DNA of 39,722 bases from Pelomyxa schiedti (taxonomy: Eukaryota > Protista > Evosea), in contig JAHLWZ010000946.1 of assembly GCA_020536535.1 (NCBI GenBank), positions 1 through 39,722 of the forward strand. The letters are read 5' to 3'. A program made the position numbers and the translations under genes. Numbering within the stretch: the first letter of the stretch is position 1; every line of letters begins with the position of its first letter. Below are positions 34,717 through 39,722 of the stretch, piece by piece. The notes beneath the pieces were generated by a model. The model did not search any database and was not told where the DNA came from. It saw nothing but the letters and a program-made list of their open reading frames with translations.

Positions 34717-37049
34717 GGTGTCCGACGGGCGGGATGTTTGTGGCCTTGGTTTGTTTGAAAAAAAGGACTACAAAGTAAACCGGCGGATCTCGCACCTTTT
34801 TTTTTCATATTTTTTTTCAAAAACTGCTCTCCAATTGGTCCGAAATTGCAATTGGTGGATAAACAAGTACCCTGAAAAAAGCTTCCTCACTGGAACCTGG
34901 TTGCTTGGAGCTGGACCGTCAAACGGCAAGGTGGTAAGAATGTACATTGAACAACCGTGTAGGACCACGATGAAGAGCGGAAGAAGCCAGTTGGGTTAAA
35001 CTGTGGAATTATTACTTGTTGAAAAGTGTAAGGATGGGTTGTACATGCGGTTGTGTGCAATCGGCTCTGTGAACCACACTGGACACTAGAAGTAGTTGCA
35101 ATTGATGTTGCTAGCACCAAGGGCACAAATCGGAAGTAGTAGAAGTAGCTAAGTACGTTAAATCCCAGCCAAGAGGTAATGGAAGCTGGAAACTTAGCAC
35201 AAGAACTTGGAGAGATTAGAGGAATGGCCACGAGAGCAAGCTGACATCCATCAATGTGAAGAGACACAGTTAATCTAGAAAAAAGATGAGAAGGAGAAGG
35301 AAGAGCTCAAGAAATTACTTGATGTGGATGTGGCAAGACACGATAACCCATACTCAGCGTTCTAGTAAAGTGTTCAATTCGATTTTGCGTTGAATATTGG
35401 AGCCTCAACACAATGACAGGCAAGGATGTATATCCTGCACCCGCTGTGATGAGTGCAACATCCTCTAGGAGAGAACATATCTTGGTGGAAGCTAGACACA
35501 TTCAGTGGATATTGACAAGTGAAGATGGTAGAAGAAGGGTATACCTAAGACTACTTTTATTTATCCATTCAAACACCCTGCCATGCATTTGGTTTAGTGA
35601 TGTCACAAATATTTTCGCCTTTGAGGGGTTTCGTGTACACACCCCTAAACCACAAAAAACACAAAAATCCAAATTCATGTGTCAGAAATTATGAAAAATT
35701 TTTTCAAAAACTTTTTCCATAGAAATACTTAGCGGTCATTAATCGCACGCTGTTTGTTAGTTAGAAGACAAAAGTATTGTTCTGTATGGAGAGGAAATAT
35801 ACCTGATTGGTGAACAACTTCTTCTAGATGATCCACAATACGGCCCAATGTGGTGACCCTCTTATTAATCAAATCAGAATTGCGAGTAATGGAAGCAGCA
35901 GCCTGAATGCTTTAGGAGAGGGGAGGCAGGGGAGGTAAAATACCAGCGGCCATTCCAAGAGAGTCTTAATCTGGTACAACAGTGCCGTAATTCGTGGTAT
36001 TGTCTCAACATAAGTTTCATTGGGGTTTGCGGTTTGTACTCCAGAGACACTTGCTTTCTGTCGGGGCTCCGCTTGTTTTCCAGTTGGTTCCACAGAAATT
36101 TCATCATATTCCAGCGTTGGGCCCGCAAACGCCCTTAGAGAGCCCTTCGGAACCAGGGGATCAAGCTGTACTTCCGTTAACATAAGTTTTTCCTATTGTT
36201 GAAGCTGGAAACCTTCAGAATCTCAACAAGCCCTATTTTAAGTCCAGAGGTAAGCTGGTGCATATGTTGGATGTCTGGTCGGACCCTTTCAAAAAGTGAA
36301 GTCTCCCCAATGTGGGTCTGAAAATATTTATAATAGTGGTTTTACAAATAGTGGTTTTCCAAAACAAAAATAATACAATTGAGTGACAAAAGGAAAATGT
36401 TTGCACACCACGCCAGCCAAATCTGCGAGAAGTAACGTCATTCTGGTTGCCACGCCCCCCACAATAGCACCCATCGCCTCGCCACTAACAAACACGGTCC
36501 TATTGCTCAAATTCCCCCCCGTAGAAGATGTAGTAGTACTAGTCGAAACAGGTTGCATTTGCGACAGATGAATGTTGTTTGAAGGGTATTTGTTTGTTGG
36601 AAGATATGCATCTTTCCCGTGGCATTGTGATACGGATATTTGTTACGCGCACGCAATCACCACTATCAAGGGTTTTTTTGACCGTTGATGGGGTTTTCAT
36701 TTTTTGATGGACAAAAATTTCTTTGTTTTTGTTGGAAAATGCGGCATTTTCTATGCGACGACGGACCTCAGTGCTTCTATTTAAGCTATTTTCGTATTCA
36801 ATTCCAGGGGAACATACTACACTGTGGCAATGATGTAGTATTCAACATTTTTTTTTGAGTTTGAGCGACTCAGCAACCACCCTAGTTCAATGAACTGAAT
36901 GTACGATGAAGATTTTTTGGATGGGATACGAAATTTTGCTTCCATGTTGATGTGTAACTAGCAACAAAAATGTGCTGCATATTTGATAACTCCAAGTACT
37001 CACTTTTTTAATATCACACAGTCGTCCTTCAATTGTCCAGCATCGAATG

Positions 37050-38700
37050 AAGAATCATAATATCTTCTTCCTTCCTGTTCACGGGGAATTTGTGATTCCT
37101 CTCACTGAGAATTTGAATGTGCTCGATCTAAGTAGAGATACCTTGAACACATTTCCTCTTGCTATTCTGTCCCTACCCATCCTGAGATAGCTTAATTTGA
37201 GGTACTTTGTGACCTAGAGTACCCTATTTTGTAATTGTTTGGTTCAAATAGCATCAGCCACAGTTCTGGTGAAGGGTTTCCGTGTATGGAAAGTTTCGAA
37301 TTGACTTTTCTATTTCGTCCAACCCTCTTGTTGAGTTAAAGGTTTTGTAGATAGCTTCTTCGTAAAATTTATTTAGTAAATAGATTATAGACGTTTCAGC
37401 AAGCATGTATCATTTCCAGTGTGTCACATTAAGACCTTCTTTCAACTGAGTATCAGTATGCCACATATTAGTGGCCTCTCGAAGATATTACCGGCATTTC
37501 CTCCAGTAATCCAGGATCTGAGTGTATCTTCCATTGGATTAGCATTCTACCCATCCTCTTGGACTGATTTTGCCGTTTTGCAACGTTTGTACTATTCTTT
37601 GCAATACAACTTAGTGGTTTTTTCAGATTAAATAGTTCCTTGAATTTTCTTGATGAATTGCCCCCAATGACTCCATCACTCGTCTACATGAAATCGTTGA
37701 ATATTTCCGGCAATAGCTTTGTCTTTTTTCTCAATGTATCCGTTATTCTTATCTCTGATACAAACCAGGTGTGATCAAAATGTCTACACAATGAATCTGG
37801 ATATTATTAATTAGGAATAGGACAACCTTTTTGAGGAGACGCCTCCCACAATCGGATACCTCACGAAATTGGAGTTGGAAACGGGAAAAGTAAGTTGACA
37901 GGGAGTTCTTCTGTAGGCAAAACGGCAATGTTCAGAGATAAGATAGCTCTGACACACACACAAAGGAAATATGCTCTTGCTACTTATGGTAATAAAGGTA
38001 ACCATTTTGTCATGCACTCACTTTGATAAGAGGAATGAGAATTCCGATTACTCTTTCTGAAAGACAAGAAAATGACCATCGACATAACTCGGAATACCAC
38101 GTGCATGTAATTTTCAGGTTCAGTTGGAAGAATGTTTTAATATCCTTCCAGAGACACACAACTCGAGGGCAGGCAGTAGAGTCTCTTTGCGAAGTAGGGA
38201 CTGTTCACCTTACTGCTGGAGATGATCTTTTTATTATTGGCATTATTTCCTCCCTGTACAACTACCTACACACCACAGAGTAATGATGGAGAAGCACCCC
38301 TCTCCCGTTCCCACTAGTGCTTAAGATAGCCATGGATATGCCTGTGATATGCACTTCTTACATGACTCAGCACCTCAAATCTACAGAGATTTAAAAAGCC
38401 CAAACATAATTCCTTATCTTACTTTCTTCAGGTGACAGGTCTTCAAAATACAGTAGCAAGTGAGGTTGTTGATAATCCTGGTATTGCCCAAAGTATCATC
38501 TTGACTCGTTCTCACTTTTGCCTTTGATACACCTGGCTTGCTCCTGAAATTATGAGGAAAGGACCCTTCACCACTAAATCTGATGTTTATTCCTATAGTC
38601 AGGACACCCACTCCCTTACTCCGTAAGCGATTCCAGTTGTAGGTGATTTTATGTGAAATGATTGCACGGGAGACATACTTTGGGAAATTATCCTGAAATA
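37050..38700 (+). pseudogene. Mirror copy of the LRR + TKL kinase pseudogene
   Basis: TAG at 37188 inside an LRR; YRDLKSPN at ~38382-38405; WLAPE at 38534; TGA at 38694. Confidence 0.8.
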
Positions 38701-39612
38701 CTTTTGGAAATTATACTTCAACATCATCACTGATGAAGAGCTACCCTCTGGTAGGTATTCTGGGCTGCCCAACCCTCGCCTTGTAAGCCTCAGGCTCCCT
38801 TATTATTCCAGCTCAAGAGATTAGAGTGTACCGCATGCCATCGTGAGTTGATTCTTGGGAACACTCTGTATTATACTGTCATTTCAAATCAGTTTGTAAG
38901 GATAAATTTACCAACATTTTATCACACTGAGGTTACAACACCATGTTTTTTTAGCAGCAATACACGCAACAAGAGCAAGCATGTATTCCCACATGGTCAT
39001 ACAACCACGAAAACTAAGGCTCCAAGTTGTTCTTCTCACAAGCTCGTAGCGATCAGTACCCATAATTCAGCATACCAAATAATACCGGTGCCAAATACAA
39101 AACACAAAAAAAAAAAAAACCGGGAAATCCCCTAATAAGTGGTATTTCTAAATTGCACTGTGATGATGTAAGACCTTTCTTGGCTTTCTGATCAATGTCT
39201 CAATTTCGGGTACCTTTATTTGGCTCCAAAAACAAACAAAGGAAAAACGAGGTTTTTATCGGTAAAAAAGGTCCCCAGCTTGTGCAAGTTGGGGAGAACC
39301 TTGGTTGGTTGCAGGACTGACCAACATAGAGTAGGTCCCAGAAAAAATTAATCTACTCAGAATTTTTAATCCAACTTGCAATCGTTGGGTTCTGGTAAAG
39401 GGCCAAGTATCTTTTTTCATGTTAACAGCAAAGTCAGTTCATGTGTGCTAGCATCAGGTCAGACAACCCTAAGGTGGGTCTGGTAATGCTGGGCAAAGCA
39501 AACTGAGGAACAGGATTGAGACAAAGTAATGAACAGTATTCAAGGGAGAAAAAGCAAATGTGAAAAAGTGTGTAAAATCTTTGAACAAACCCTTGAAATG
39601 TTGTAGAGGTAA

Positions 39613-39680
39613 ACCGCCAGGGACCGCAGGACGGACCGCAAAGAAAACCGCCAGGGATCGCAGGACGGACCGCAAAGAAA
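39613..39680. repeat. Mirror copy of the 2 x 34-bp tandem repeat
   Basis: Reverse complement of 43-110. Confidence 0.9.
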
Positions 39681-39722
39681 GTAACATACCAAACCAAACA
39701 ACACCAAAAAAAAGGGGGAAAA

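Larger units (their letters stand above)
19993..39722. repeat. Right arm of the 19.73-kb inverted repeat (reverse complement of 1-19730)
   Basis: Mirror of the left arm, as above. Confidence 0.99.

Noticed and set aside
1-39722. Giant transposon/Polinton or viral genome with terminal inverted repeats
   Set aside because: No transposase, integrase, polymerase or capsid motifs; the content is intron-rich housekeeping genes.

Overview
Eukaryotic (protist-like) genomic DNA with compact genes, many short (~40-100 bp) GT-AG introns and the standard genetic code. The whole window is one giant palindrome: 1-19730 is the reverse complement of 19993-39722, around a 262-bp unique spacer (19731-19992), so only ~20 kb is unique. 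From the outer end inwards each arm carries a decayed LRR + TKL (Roco-like) kinase pseudogene, a putative RPA70-like OB-fold gene, a small WD40-like gene, a membrane protein of a mostly bacterial family (DUF2254-like, by recall), a spinster-type MFS transporter, 7-dehydrocholesterol reductase (DHCR7), 60S ribosomal protein L26, PDK1 kinase, and a prokaryote-type 'adenosine-specific kinase' (PF04008/DUF355) gene with 6 introns. Exon 1 of that last gene lies only in the spacer and splices into the left arm. This shows that left arm + spacer is the native sequence and the right arm is a fold-back copy primed by A/T-rich microhomology. A whole-genome-amplification/assembly hairpin is the most likely cause; a real fold-back palindromic chromosome cannot be excluded from sequence alone. 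An amoebozoan host (possibly Archamoebae-like) is inference only.
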